DNA of 64,000 nt from Octopus bimaculoides (taxonomy: Eukaryota). Under the pieces are notes generated by a model. It searched no databases. It was not told the DNA's origin and saw only the letters and a list, made by a program, of their open reading frames with translations. Positions 39,070 through 52,290 of the stretch are shown piece by piece (position 1 is the first letter of the stretch; every line of letters begins with the position of its first letter). Location of the stretch: NCBI RefSeq assembly GCF_001194135.2, contig NC_068991.1, positions 48,986,008 to 49,050,007 on the forward strand, given 5' to 3'. The translations under genes and the position numbers were made by a program.

Positions 39070-40369
39070 TCAAGTGACATCTAGAGATTCTCATTGTAGA
39101 AAACACGTAGTAAAGCTCAAATGATTTGCAGTTTCACTTCGTTATCTTTATTAAGGACTAAGTCTGCATAGTAAAGAGTGGCCATGAGAGGAATGCAAGT
39201 AATCTGATATGGAGATAACAATGCAAATAAACAAATAAACACGCTTGCGCTTGATATATAAAATTTATATACATATAAACATGTAAGTATCTACAGGAAT
39301 ATATACAGAGAAAAACAAACCTGAAAGTATTCAGATGAACATTTATGTATAAACATATAGATGCAGAACAAATTTATATGGAATACAAAACATAGTATGT
39401 CAGGTCAGACAGCTGTTTCTGGGCGCTCGGAGTTATGTAATTGTTGTAATGTTGGCAGATGGAGTGGTGCAAAAAGTGAAGAATATGCAACCAAAAGTGG
39501 ATGCATATAAACATTAGCGTAAATCCAGCTTCCATATTCTGGGTGGAGAGATTGAATTTTACCATTAAATTATCTGCATTATAATATGAAATGTCAGATG
39601 CCAATCTCGCCAATCTGAAGTTGTGGGAACTCATGGCTGGGCCTCCCACACGGGATAGTCAAAGGATAGAGGCCACACTAATATGGATTACTTCTTTACA
39701 GAGGTAAAATTGGGTTTGCGTAGGACTAATACCTCTGCCAAGAAAAAAAAAAGCAAAGTTACAGAAGCATCGATGACACTTCAAAGCCAACAGTTCTTGC
39801 AATTGCAAAGCCTTTCCTCGGCGTTAGGCCCTGAACTGTAAACCACATTGAATTCACTATCGAACGACGGAGGTCCACCACCACATCCACCACTTCAAAT
39901 ATCAACTGATTAAATAATACACCAACAATTCTCACTTTAAAGGTTTATTCCATAATCAGCTATAAAAAATATATACAACCGACAACTTCTTACTGAACTT
40001 AACTGCAGTTCTATTCAAAGAACTGAATTATAAGAAAATTGGTACACGACTAATGTCAAAGACGTTCTATAAAAGATGGGACAAATAAAATTTTATAGTT
40101 ACTACCATTAACAAAACATAAACTGGAAATGTCTAGCAATAGTTTTATGTTGCAAATCAGAAAAAGAATCCAGACCTTTGGTTTATAAACTCTTTTTTAC
40201 AGAATCAGTATAAATGTTGATAAGTAGCACATTTATCAAACGTAACCGACACTGGAACGAAAAATAATCTTCTGACGGTTGGTCATTTAAAGCATATAAT
40301 ATACAAATGTATGAATATTAGAGCAGTAAGTGACAGAGTTAGTAACAATAATTATCATTTCCTACATAG

Positions 40370-40575
40370 AAGGCGATGAGCTAGCAGAATTATTAGCACG
40401 CTGGGCAAAATGCTTAACAGCTTTTCGTCCGTCTTCACATTCTTTGTTCAAATTCCGCCAAAGTCAGCTTTGCCTTTCGTCTTTTCGGTGTTAATAAAAT
40501 AAGTATCAGTTGAACTGGTATTCGACGTATCCCCTACCCCCAAGCCTCCTGACCTTGTGCCAAGATTTGAAACTG
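40370..40575 (+). mobile_element. SINE family A copy
   Basis: AAGGCGATGAGCTAGCAGAAT...GTTCAAATTCCGCC...GTGCCAAGATTTGAAAC. Further copies at about 44728-44830 and 45075-45260. Confidence 0.8.
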
Positions 40576-40674
40576 TCATTTTCTACAAAGACTCAAGGTT
40601 AAAAATTCTAGCGGTGTGAAGAAACATTGATTTAATCCGACTGTTATTCTACAGATACCCTCTTATAAGGCTCA

Positions 40675-40920
40675 CACGTGGCTTAGTAGTTAGGGCGTTG
40701 CACTCCTAATCGTAACATTCTAGGTTAGATCCCTGTAGCAGGCGAATCGTTGTGGTCCTGGGCGAAACAGCTTCAGTTTACGTTGCTCAGTTTTACTCAG
40801 CGGGCTAAAATAAGCAATCCTGCAACGGACTGGCGTCCCTCTAGGGAGTAACTATATACGCTACAGAAATCGGGAACCTGGCCCTATAAGTCTATATGAC
40901 TCAGGACGGGGCTTTATCCT
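40675..40920 (+). mobile_element. tRNA-derived SINE (fourth family)
   Basis: GTGGCTTAGTAGTTAGGG (A box) ... GGTTAGATCCC (B box-like) followed by GCAATCCTGCAACGGACTGGCGTCCC. Confidence 0.5.
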
Positions 40921-41384
40921 TTATATTTTGAGACTCAGAAATGAAAGACAAAACTCACCCAGGTTATACATTTTAGCGGGGTGAAGTAGTTTCCGTTCAG
41001 TTCATTCAGCATTTGACAAACACTTTATTTATCAGTTTCAGAAACGTAAGGCAAAATTATTAAGGCTATTATTATTAAAGAGATAAAATAGACTTGATTT
41101 AATCTGTCCAGTATTTCACATGTATCATTTTTATCGGCCCTATGAATGAATGAAAGATAGTCAGTCAAACTGCAATTCAAAAGGCCGGGGTTTTTTTTCA
41201 CTCATTGTGCTACACTAATTTTGCCCGAGGATCACGTTATGAGTACAAGCATTTATGGAATACTCAGCCATTTGTACATTAGCTTAATTCGCAGGTAATT
41301 CAGTTACTTGAACAGCTGAATGCTCATTGTGGAAACCGATGGAGGATACGTGAACTATCAGTAGTACATAGTGATTTCCCTCTT

Positions 41385-41386
41385 GA

Positions 41387-41420
<34 letters not shown>

Positions 41421-41645
41421 GGTGGTGGTGGTGGTGGTGGNNNNNNNNNNNNNNNNNNNNNNNNNNNNNNNNNNNNNNNNNNNNNNNNNNNNNNNNNNNN
41501 NNNNNNNNNNNNNNNNNNNNNNNNNNNNNNNNNNNNNNNNNNNNNNNNNNNNNNNNNNNNNNNGAGGAGGAGGAGGAGGGGAGGAGGAGGAGGGGAAGAA
41601 GAAGAAGAAGAAGAAGAAGAAGAAGAAGAAGAAGAAGAAGAAGAA
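41385..41645. repeat. Compound trinucleotide repeat (GAT)n-(GGT)n-gap-(GGA)n-(GAA)n
   Basis: Direct reading of the sequence. Confidence 0.9.
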
Positions 41646-42224
41646 AGTAGAGACAGACCACTGGATAACAAATGCAGATCCTGCTTTGATTTCCCACGAC
41701 AACCACGTTCCAATTATCAAGCTAGTAATAGTGAATTAACTTCAAAACTGTAGATGCCAGCTAAGAAACTTCAGAGACTTAACTGTCGAATTAAACACAT
41801 TAAGGCTGCTCTTACATGCATCTTGGCAGTTAAAGAATGTAGTTATAATCTGCACTTGTATTTGGCAGATTGTGGTAATTATTGTACCCATCATTCAAAG
41901 GCCCAGCCTTATTATATGTTACACTGATTTGGTTTGAGAATAGGATTAATACTGCGTAATTGGAAATGTTCAAATACAAGTTAATAACGCAAGTGATTTT
42001 CAAAATTTTTTAACAATCCCTTTTCTGTTGCTAACACTTTATTCAACAGTCCCTTGGTACTTAAATACTCACTGTAACCAGAATAATTTAGATTCAGGTA
42101 CTAGTTTGAGATGGGTAACTACTAACCATAGCACCTCATTGATATAGGGGAATATTTGATGCACCACTCGGTAAATTGGACAGCTTTAAAAAAATAGCAC
42201 TGAATCGATTCGTTGAAGGAAGAA

Positions 42225-42380
42225 TCAACAGAGGAAGAAAGAAAACGTCTAACCTATATGGACAACTTGCTTCAGGACAGTGGAATGACAAATGTTAACG
42301 AATTAAGAACATCCATGAAGGACTGTGATGGCGTGCTCGCGTGGAAATACTGAAGCGTCCGAGAGGACGGCTAGACTAAC
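42225..42380 (+). mobile_element. RTE LINE 3' tip
   Basis: RGRKRKRLTYMDNLLQDSGMTNVNELRTSMKD matches the RTE C-terminal motif. Confidence 0.55.
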
Positions 42381-43794
42381 TGTAAATGAATATTTGATGC
42401 ATCACCGCTTGACCTTAATTATTGACCCAATGTTTAATACGTTCCTTCGACCAAACTCAGGAACGTATTTTTTGTGATCACCACCCCACCCACCACCGTT
42501 TAATAACTGGTGTTGGTTTGTTTACTTTACGTAACTTAGCGGTTCGGCATGAAGAGACCGACAGAATAAGTGTCAGCTCTAGAAAAGAAAGTAAGAAATA
42601 GGGAAGATTGTTTTCCACTACACGCTTCGAGGCGGTGTAGCAGCATGTCCGCAGTTCAATGGGTGAAACGAGTTGAAGGATAAAAGAACCTCCTTTATTC
42701 CACTCCCATCCTAAAAGCCGGTGTCACCCACTTGGAGTAAATCTGTGAGTAATTCTGTAAATCAAACAACTCAATGTTCCTCGACGAAAACAACGGAGAA
42801 ACCGTGACTAAAAAAAATGGTACAACTGGAATTGTAGATGATTTTCATGAAGATTTTTATGCATATTTTTGGTAGACGGCAGGAGCACAGAAATTCGTTT
42901 GATGTATTTTTCAAATCGCAAATCATCTTTATCATTTACTTTTTACTTGTTTCAATCATTGCTTCTGCACTGATTGGTACATTGGAATTCGTTGTATAGT
43001 TTTCCACTAACAAGGGGGGCGTTGCAGAATGTGGCGAAACGATCGTTGTGATAAATAAAGTTTCCAGTATATTCTGTCTTCCGTATCAATTGTTTATACT
43101 ATACTCAACATGCACTGTGGAATTCCTTACGTAGATCCAGCAGTGATTGTGCAAATACCGTGGATCATGCCAGGTAGCCATAAGCAGAGAACGTACTTTG
43201 CGGGCACACGACTAGGGACATACCTAAAACGCAGTTTGAATTTGAAAATTAAAAAATTAAATCTAAACTTTAAAAATAACTTACACACACACACACACAC
43301 TCGTACATACACACTTACGCGCGCGCGCGCCTAGAAATCCTTTAGAATTTGATACAGACGGGAAATTGAGATTAGTAACGAATAATACACGTAACTCAAC
43401 ATAATTAACTTTAATTATTTCAATTATTTTTCGCAGCTGTCGACTTTTCGAAATGATTCCTCGAAGAACCTCCTCTTAGATACTCTATTCTTCCTTTTAG
43501 CGAGACTATTTGTTTGGTGACAATGCCTGGTTAATTTGAAATAGCGTTGAAATTAAAAGAGACCAAGTAATGAATTGAGTTAAATGAATTTTATTACAAA
43601 CTCCTGTTCTCTTAAAATTTTGGAGAAAACTAATTATTTTTTAGTGTGGACAAATAAGATTCTGGGTTTATTGATTTCATTAAATATACCTCATAGACCG
43701 AGACTCAATAACAAATTTAACGCTGACCACTGCGTCTATGCATACATACAATGGCTATGTTTTAGATATATTATGTAAACTTTGCAATATAGAT

Positions 43795-44210
43795 GCAAGC
43801 GTAGCTGTGTGGTAAGAAGTTTGCTTTCCAGTCACATAGTTCCGTGTTCCATCCCATTGCGTGCCACATTTGACAAGTGACTTCTGCTATCGCACCGACC
43901 CGGTCAGATTTTTGTGAGTGGATTTTGAAGACGGAAACTGAAAGAAGCCCACTATGTATGTATGTACGTGTGCGTGTGTGATTGTTCCATTGTGTTTGTA
44001 CTTGTCTACCGCCACCACCTGACAACTAGTGTTGGTTTCTTCACGTCCCCGTAACTTAGGAGTTCAAGAAAAAAGACCGATAGAATAACAGGCCTAGCAA
44101 AAAATAAGTACAGGGTCCAATTCGGTCGACTAAACCCTTTAAGGCGATGCCCCAGTATGGCCGAAGTATGGCCGCAGTCCAATGAGTGAAACAATTAATA
44201 GATAAAAGAT
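43795..44210 (+). mobile_element. SINE family B, near full length
   Basis: Colinear with 51873-52290. Confidence 0.85.
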
Positions 44211-44249
44211 AACAAAAAAGTTATTAAAAAACAAAATTCATCTCATAAA

Positions 44250-44480
44250 AGCAGGATGTGTTTTTTTGGTAAAACCGCAGAAAACGATCGCAAGACAGTC
44301 TTCAAGCCAAAACCAAGCGGCAGGAGAATTAGGGCTAGACCACAAGCGAGATGGTTGGATAATGACTAAAGTCTCAGTTGGTCACGCTTGAGACGGTTGC
44401 TTCTGACAGGGTCCTATGGAATAGATGCCTGAGGGATTTACTCCATGACTCTTCCAGAAATAGCGAACGGTGAAAATGGA
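44250..44480 (+). mobile_element. RTE LINE 3' tip
   Basis: KPKPSGRRIRARPQARWLDN..LSWSRL. Confidence 0.65.
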
Positions 44481-45329
44481 TGGTTAAGTTTGTCATTGAT
44501 AGAGGTGAGACGATTGCTAACCATCAAGATTTGATTAAACGAAGCACAACATATAAAAAGAAAAGTGAAGAAAGAATCGAAAGGCAAACTAAACCTTGGT
44601 GCTATCTGAACTCTACGCACAAACACTTGGAACAAATACTGAGTGGCACACTATCCAAAGTTCTAATGATTCTGGCAATTCATCACCTTGCTAAATGCAT
44701 ATATCTGTTCTTAAGATAACGCTATACGAAGGCAGCGAGCTGGCAGAAGCGTTAGTAGCTTTTCATTTGTCTTTATCTTCTGAATTCATTTTCCATCGGG
44801 GTTGACATTAACTTTCATCCTCCCGGAAGTGCTTATTAGTTTTGGGAGGACTTAAACAAGTAAGAAATTCGTTTTATTCAATCTTTTTAAGGCAATATAT
44901 ATTTTTATTTTGAAAATCGGTATTCATTTCATCAGAGAAGCACCAAGTTAAATTATGATTATTGGCTGTACGACTAATTTCTTGATGTTACCCACGGGTG
45001 GCAAACGTATACGTTCAAAGTTACCCGTCATAAGAAGTGTAACTCTTTAGTATTAATATAATTTGCTTTAAAGACGGTCACCTGGCAGAATCGTTAGATT
45101 GTAGGTAAAAGTATTTTTCTATATTTCTTCTGACTCTATATTTTGAATTCAAATCTCGCCGAAATCTGCTTTGCTTTTAATTCTCTCGGAGTCGACAAAA
45201 ATAAAGTACCAGTCGAGTACTGACACACTCCGCTCAAAATTCCTGGACTTGTTCCTAAATAAGGAGCCATACATCCATCAATTTTCTCCATCCACTTATT
45301 CCTGCGCGGGTTCTATAGTTAGAGCCTCC

Positions 45330-45660
45330 TCCATATGTACTTATCAACAGCAACCATCATTACACTTTCCAGCGTGACCAAATAAGTCTATGGATAGTAT
45401 CCAACCATTTCATTTTTCGTCTATTCCTATGTCTCCTACTGGTTGGTTTGGCTTGAAAAATCCATCTTGCGATTCTTTTCTGCGCCATTTTCATTACATA
45501 TCCGTAACATATCTCGATGTTGTGAAGTAGCGGCTCAATCCGAAAAAACTCGGGAATCACCGAACAGCTTACCCTGTCGAGTAACATTACTCTAGAGACC
45601 CTTCGGACGAACATCACTCATGTTAATTCTTCCTTCAATGTTGCGTGGTCGAATCTCGCT
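45330..45660 (-). mobile_element. RTE LINE 3' relic (same family as 21850-22560)
   Basis: FVRRVSRVMLLDRVSCS..IEPLLHNIE..YGYVMKM..AKPTSRRHRNRRKMKWLDTIHRLIWSR. Confidence 0.75.
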
Positions 45661-46279
45661 TGAATATACACAACCATTGTATATATCAGTAATATATCTG
45701 CTCGACTGCGCGAACCATTCTTGTATAAAAATCAGATTTACAAATCTTTTTATATACGAAATAAATTAACAACTATCATGGTCCAAGACTATCATAACAG
45801 CACTCACATCTGCTGCTTTGATCAATCTGTTCTGTGATCACTGAACAATTTTAAACTTGATGTGATCGAATTGAAATTTCCAGCCACGTATAAAACTCAT
45901 AAAGCTTGATTGATCCCAGTTATCGGAAGCCTGTACTGATTGGTTAAATTGGATAGTTTTATTTTAAATTGAAGTGAATACAATCAACAGTTGCCATCTG
46001 GTGTTTCGGCTTCTTTAATATCGACCTCAAATAAATATTGATGAAATGATATATTCGGAATATTTCGATAAGATATTGGCTAAAATATATTACCATTTCC
46101 ACATTCTGTGCATTTCAGCCATTTTGCATTTATGCATTTATACTCTCATTAGAAAGACTTACTATTGGCATTTCAAACGCGCGCGCGCAGACACATACAT
46201 ATACACGCGCACACATGCACACACGCACGCACACATATATATATGTGCATGTATGCGCCTATGTATATATGTATATAAG

Positions 46280-46312
<33 letters not shown>

Positions 46313-46728
46313 GGAAAACGAATTTCCGAATCAATCAGGTACAACCCTTCAGCATTACATGCATCTGAATATCGTACCTTGGGAGTCTTCTTTATCATAT
46401 ATTTATATATTTATCTAGAAATATACAAAGTATCGAATAAAAGTCAATAATAATTCAGTTTGGTGGGATTAATAGATATGCGGGTATTCTATTTCAGATA
46501 ATACAAAAAAAAAAAAATAACCTAATGAGTATATCTGAAAGTAAGCTCATGGTATCCATTTGCACATCATAAAATAATGCTTTAAAGGATATGACCAGTA
46601 TATCAGCAGGGTACATAATATAATTCTTTAATTATTTCCATCTTAAGCTAACACTTAAATTTATTAATTATGACGGAACTACACGTGTTTCAGTATTGGA
46701 AGATTACAATATATATACATACACACAA

Positions 46729-46773
<45 letters not shown>

Positions 46774-46776
<3 letters not shown>

Positions 46777-46969
46777 GAGAATTTATGAAAAAACAACAAC
46801 AAACGAGGACAGGTGGTGTAAGCAACAAAAGGATGTATTAGTTTAACGCTCGGGAATAGAGAAAGTCTTTAACGTTTCGAGCTACGCTCTTCAACAGAAA
46901 GAATAAAGAGAAAAACAAGGAGAAAAACAAGGAGAAAAACACGGAGAAAAAAATTTGAATGTTGTGGTC
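46774..46969 (-). mobile_element. About 200 bp (TA)n-embedded element carrying a hammerhead-like fold
   Basis: Flanked by (TA)n on both sides; reverse complement of 50712-50885. Confidence 0.7.
46866..46902 (-). ncRNA. Minimal hammerhead-like fold with CUGUUGA core
   Basis: Minus strand: TCTTT-CTGTTGA-A-GAGC(GTA)GCTC-GAAA-CG-T-T-AAAGA. Helix I TCTTT/AAAGA and palindrome AACGTT; A6 is replaced by U. Confidence 0.5.
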
Positions 46970-47245
46970 ATATATATATATATCTATATATAAATATATA
47001 TATATGCAATCATCAGATTTACAATTATTCCAACACATCTGCAGGTTCTTTTTCAAAGTATTGTTAATCTGATTTTACATCCCTTCAAAAAATATGCAAC
47101 AAATTAAACGTTAAAAATTGAAAATTAAAAATTAAAAATAAAAATTATACTTTGTAATATTATGAATTAAAACTTATAAATTATACATTATAAATATGAA
47201 TTAGTATATATATCAACTTTATATGTATGCATGTGTCTATATACG

Positions 47246-47284
<39 letters not shown>

Positions 47285-47310
47285 ATACGTAAATATGTAT
47301 ATGTGTGCAC

Positions 47311-47350
<40 letters not shown>

Positions 47351-47539
47351 NNNNNNNNNNNNNNNNNNNNNNNNNNNNNNNNNNNNNNNNNNNNNNTATA
47401 TATATTATATTATATTATATCATATTATATTGATAAATATTAAACCGAAATAGATTCAGTACTAATTTGTTTTGGCTATACACACGTGGCCGAGATGAAC
47501 GTGTGAGAATATCTGAAATAAACTCGACTGCTCTCACAA

Positions 47540-47797
47540 ACTAGAATACTAAAAATGAACTCGACCGATCTCAAAAGTTTTTTTAAAAAACTGGAAAAAT
47601 AATCCAGATCCCTTGTCTTGTATCGGATCAGTCCCAAAATTTAATCAGTTCATGCCAGTCACGAGGCCAAACATCCCTGAAAGTTTCATTCGAATCCATC
47701 TAGCGATTCTTGAGATAATTGTCTACGGGCAAACAAACAGACAAACAAATACGACTGAAAACAATACCTCCGCCTTCGCTAAGGCGGTGGTAATAAT
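47540..47797 (+). mobile_element. Helentron/HINE-like non-autonomous element
   Basis: Starts ACTAGAA, has an internal AAAGTTTCATTCGAATCC motif and an (AAAC/AGAC) tract, and ends in hairpin CCTCCGCCTT-CGCT-AAGGCGGTGG followed by TAATAA. Confidence 0.6.
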
Positions 47798-49405
47798 GAC
47801 GTAAAATCTTTTTGCAACTGCAGTGTCTTTATAGTAGTGTGTTCAACTCCAAATAATGTTATTGTCTATAAGAACTGAGTACAGTTTTGTAACATGGAAG
47901 TCGAATTTGTTCGTAAATAAATACCTTGAAAATTGCCAAACACCTACCATGATGCCAGTTAAGAACTATTTTTTCGTTGGTTGGTGTTTTTTATTAACTT
48001 ATCAATTGTGGTTGTCTTAGAGATAACTGAAATCAGCTCCCTGCCAAGACTGTTATTTCAATACTTTGCAATCGAAAATATTTTCTATACTATAAAACAT
48101 TTCATTGAACTAACATTGTTGACATAAATATCACTAATCAGTAAACGTAAAATAGTTTGTTTTTTAACTCTACTGTAGCCACAATGCCCCTGCTGCTGTC
48201 TTGTTTGTTAACTAATGGCAGTGTTACGAAACAGAGTTTCATTTTATTTGATTTGATTTTTTCTACTTTTCAGTGACTAGAATTTTGTTTATTTGCTACC
48301 AAACCGTCACTGGACTCACAAGCCGTTTTCATTTAGGAAATAATCTCCATCTATGGCAGGTGTACGAAGGCGATATAAATGTAAAATGGTATTTGAAATA
48401 ATGCAATACTGTCTAGTAATTGTTTGTTGATTTTGCTCAACGACGGGTATGAGCACAATTTCATCTAATAACAAGCACTTAGTGTGTGCTCCACTTAAAC
48501 TAGAGTTCAAAACTTTGATAAGTATTAAAAATTGTTTTCTATGTATTTCATTTTCCAAATCAGAGTGCGTCTTCCACGACTCAGCGTCTACGAAGATACT
48601 TAATACTCTCATTCTAAAGGTAAGTATAAAGAAATTCCAAATTCTAAGTTCTTTATCTTGTATGATTTAGAAGAAAGTATATTCACAATTTTTGGAAGTA
48701 AACACATCTTCATGTGTGTCTTCATTTGTGCAATAAAGAATCAGTTATGCTACACGTCGTAATTCCATTTAAACTTTGGTCTTCTTGCAGCTCAAATCTT
48801 GTTTATCAACTGAAGATAGCGCTACACCAGTATTCATAAGAATCACAAGTACAAACTAACAAGAATAAGTAAGGAAAACTGAGGTGAAGTATAATAGATG
48901 GGATGCTGCAATGTGCGAAGCGTTTTAGACTTTCAGAATATTTAGGTGGTGCGTATTGCTAAATAACAGGTGGTTATGAAGGGTGGAAAAGAAACGAAAG
49001 ACATGAAAGGAGTTAAAGCTGGAAAAAAAATTAAAAGATGAGAGAAAGATAGAGAAAAATATTAACATCCTAGCGACATGATGTGAGGCGTGATCAAGCA
49101 TCGTTATGAATGCTGACTGATATATACTCTACAATATAAAAAGTTATAATACATTTTACATTTTATAAGTATATAGAATACAAAAGAAAACAAGATCATT
49201 TAGGTCGATATATTTATGGTTATTGGGATATACTCTTAAATACATATACACGCATACACATCTATGCGTGTATGTAGTTTATCCAGTATATTCGATATTC
49301 ATCTTTATCGTATATTTTATGAATATACACATTGATCATATACCCGGCTAACTAGCCGTAGAGATCTCTAAATGGATATATACCCCGACTAGACGAGCTA
49401 AGATC

Positions 49406-49482
<77 letters not shown>

Positions 49483-50112
49483 ATGTAATTAGAGTTACAA
49501 GGTGAATTAGCACATACATATTGTAAACGTTCTATCATATAAACTGGAAACGTTCCCTATGTCTATCCCAGGCCTTTAGTTATTCCCGTTTTGGTGCAGG
49601 TAAACATCTATAATGCGGTAGGACATCAATCACAGCACCGGCTGAGGAGCTAAACTGCTGTCGAAACATAGTCAAGGGAAGGCATCCATAGCTAAATATA
49701 TCCACATGTCCTTTTTATGGTATTTTCGAAGGTATCTGTATCCGTCATAAATGCAACCACCTTAGTCATAGAGTATACTCAGTCGATAACTTTTCCCTAG
49801 TAAGAACGAACTAAATACAATATGTATAGCAAGAGAGTCTATAAATATATGTATATATATACATATATACATACATACATGCATGCATATAGATATATAT
49901 ACATACACACATATATATGTATATATACATATATGTATGTACGTATATATATANNNNNNNNNNNNNNNNNNNNNNNNNNNNNNNNNNNNNNNNNNNNNNN
50001 NNNNNNNNNNNNNNNNNNNNNNNNNNNNNNNNNNNNNNNNNNNNNNNNNNNNNNNNNNNNNNNNNNNNNNNNNNNNNNNNNNNNNNNNNNNNNNNNNNNN
50101 NNNNNNNNNNNN

Positions 50113-50560
50113 AGGATATTTATTATATCCCTTCATCGGAGACGGTGTGAGAAGATGGTTAATCTGTAGTTAATTTAGATAACTTATTTAAATAACACTT
50201 TAAATAAAACTCTTGATTCGTTAGCAATGTGTACAAACTCTTGGAATGACCAATTTTAGATACTATTGGATTTTACTCACAAGATATTGTAATCTTATAT
50301 GTATACCATCCTGCCTAAATAATGGATTTGCAAATGCGATATCCCTGTATATCTCAGATCTATTTTCATTCCTCCACTTAACTCTCTATTTCGTATCTCA
50401 TCTAAATTAACTATTGCTTAACCATTTTCTCACATCGTCTCCGATGAAGGGTTATAATAAATATCATGGAAACAGCTGTAAGACCTTCTATTTATAAATG
50501 TTCTAAAATCTTCATAGCCTTGGTTTTTTTATCTCATTCTGAAAGATATTTTTTTTATAT
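50113..50560. mobile_element. Penelope-type short element with outward-facing inverted arms
   Basis: 50113-50180 is the reverse complement of 50400-50467. The left end is lost in an N gap. Confidence 0.75.
50437..50484 (+). ncRNA. Minimal type I hammerhead fold with CCGAUGA core
   Basis: GTCT-CCGATGA-AGGGTTATAATAAATATCATG-GAAA-CAGCTG-TA-AGAC. Helix I GTCT/AGAC, palindromic ACAGCTGT helix III and a GUA triplet. The inverted copy at 50113-50143 has the same core and a better helix II. Confidence 0.6.
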
Positions 50561-50711
50561 ATACACAGGCTGGTATATGACCTACGTTGGACTTCTTATT
50601 CGCATCATCACCGAACCTGGAGCTTAACTATGGTCTATCCATAGCACTTACTCAGCATTACCTGGCATATTTGGGTCTTACTGACACCATTTCCGCTCAT
50701 ATATATATATA

Positions 50712-50881
50712 TAGCCACTAAACCTTTTTCTATTTTCTCTCCCTGTTTATTTCTGTGTTCCTTTCAGTCCGAGGAGCGTAGGCTCGAAACGTAAAAGACT
50801 TTCTCACTTCTCGAGCGTTAAACTAATACATCTGTTTGTTGTTTACACACCCGTCTTCGTCTTTTCTTCTTTTGTAAATTC

Positions 50882-50885
<4 letters not shown>
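50712..50885 (+). mobile_element. Second (TA)n-embedded copy of the 46774-46969 family, decayed hammerhead core
   Basis: CCTTT-CAGTCCGA-G-GAGC(GTAG)GCTC-GAAA-CG-TA-AAAGA and shared GAGCGTTAAACTAATACATC. Confidence 0.7.
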
Positions 50886-50916
<31 letters not shown>

Positions 50917-51106
50917 NNNNNNNNNNNNNNNNNNNNNNNNNNNNNNNNNNNNNNNNNNNNNNNNNNNNNNNNNNNNNNNNNNNNNNNNNNNNNNNNNNNN
51001 NNNNNNNNNNNNNNNNNNNNNNNNNNNNNNNNNNNNNNNNNNNNNNNNNNNNNNNNNNNNNNNNNNNNNNNNNNNNNNNNNNNNNNNNNNNNNNNNNNNN
51101 NNNNNN

Positions 51107-51172
<66 letters not shown>

Positions 51173-51530
51173 TTCATACGCACACAAGCACTTACATACA
51201 CACATACAAACCATTTCTTATAACCAAACCCTAGTCTTCACACAGACCATCTCAGTACGCCTTTCTAGTATTACACTCCCATTCCACATCTGAATATATT
51301 TCTCACTCACTCTCTCTCTCTCCTTCTGTCTCCACCTCCACTTTCTGTACCCACAACTCTCCCTTCATCACTCCCACTCGACGCCGTTGTTCCTTGCATA
51401 TACCTCTTTCCTTCCCCCTTTCTTTGTCTCACTTTCTCCCTCACTCTTCAGCTTTATGTCTCTGTCTTAATGTCTCACGTTTCGTTCTCTTCTGTTTCTC
51501 GTTTCTCTCTCTCTTTCCAACTTTCTCACC

Positions 51531-51570
<40 letters not shown>

Positions 51571-51872
51571 TTCTCTCTATTTCTATCTCTCTCTCCCTCT
51601 CTTTCACTCACTCATTCTTTATCTCTCTCCTTTTCCTTTCTCAATCACGATTCAGTTTTTCATATTTTTTATATTCGTTTTTACTTCTTTCTTAAACTAA
51701 TTTATTTATTTATTTTTTTACTTATTTTTACCTTTTCTGCTTTCAGTTTTCATTCCCAATCATTTATTTCATATTTTTATATCATTTTTATACGTTTTAG
51801 AATATTTTTCTCTGTGATTTTCGGTTGACATTTTTGCGTTTCGTATGTTCATTTGTGTAATATTTAAGGAAA

Positions 51873-52290
51873 ATGCGTGGCTGTGTGGTAAGAAACTTGT
51901 TTCCCAACCACATGTTTCCGGGTTCAGTCCCACTGCGTGGCCCCTTGGGGAAGTGTCTTCTACTATAGCCTCGGGCCGACCAAGACCTTGTGAATGGATT
52001 TGGTAGACGGAAACTGAAAGAATCCCTTCGTACGCATATATTTATATGTGTGCGTTTATGTGTGTGTTTGTCTCACTGTTATCGCTTGACAACTGATGCT
52101 GGTGTCTTTATGTCCCTGTAAGTTAACGATTCGGCAAAAGAAACAGATAGAAAAAGTTCTAGGCTTACAAAGAATAAGTCCTGGGGTCGATTTCTTAGGC
52201 AAAATCCCTTCAAGGTGGTGCTCCAGCATGGCCGCAGTCAAATGACGGAGACAACTGAAAGAACAAAAGAATCAAAGAATCAAAGAATAT
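51873..52290 (+). mobile_element. SINE family B, full length
   Basis: Head GCGTGGCTGTGTGGTAAG (A box) ... GGGTTCAGTCCC (B box) and tail AAAAGAATCAAAGAATCAAAGAAT. Confidence 0.85.

Noticed and set aside
48316-48612. 98 aa ORF faintly like a hAT transposase N-terminus
   Set aside because: Similarity is too weak to support by eye.
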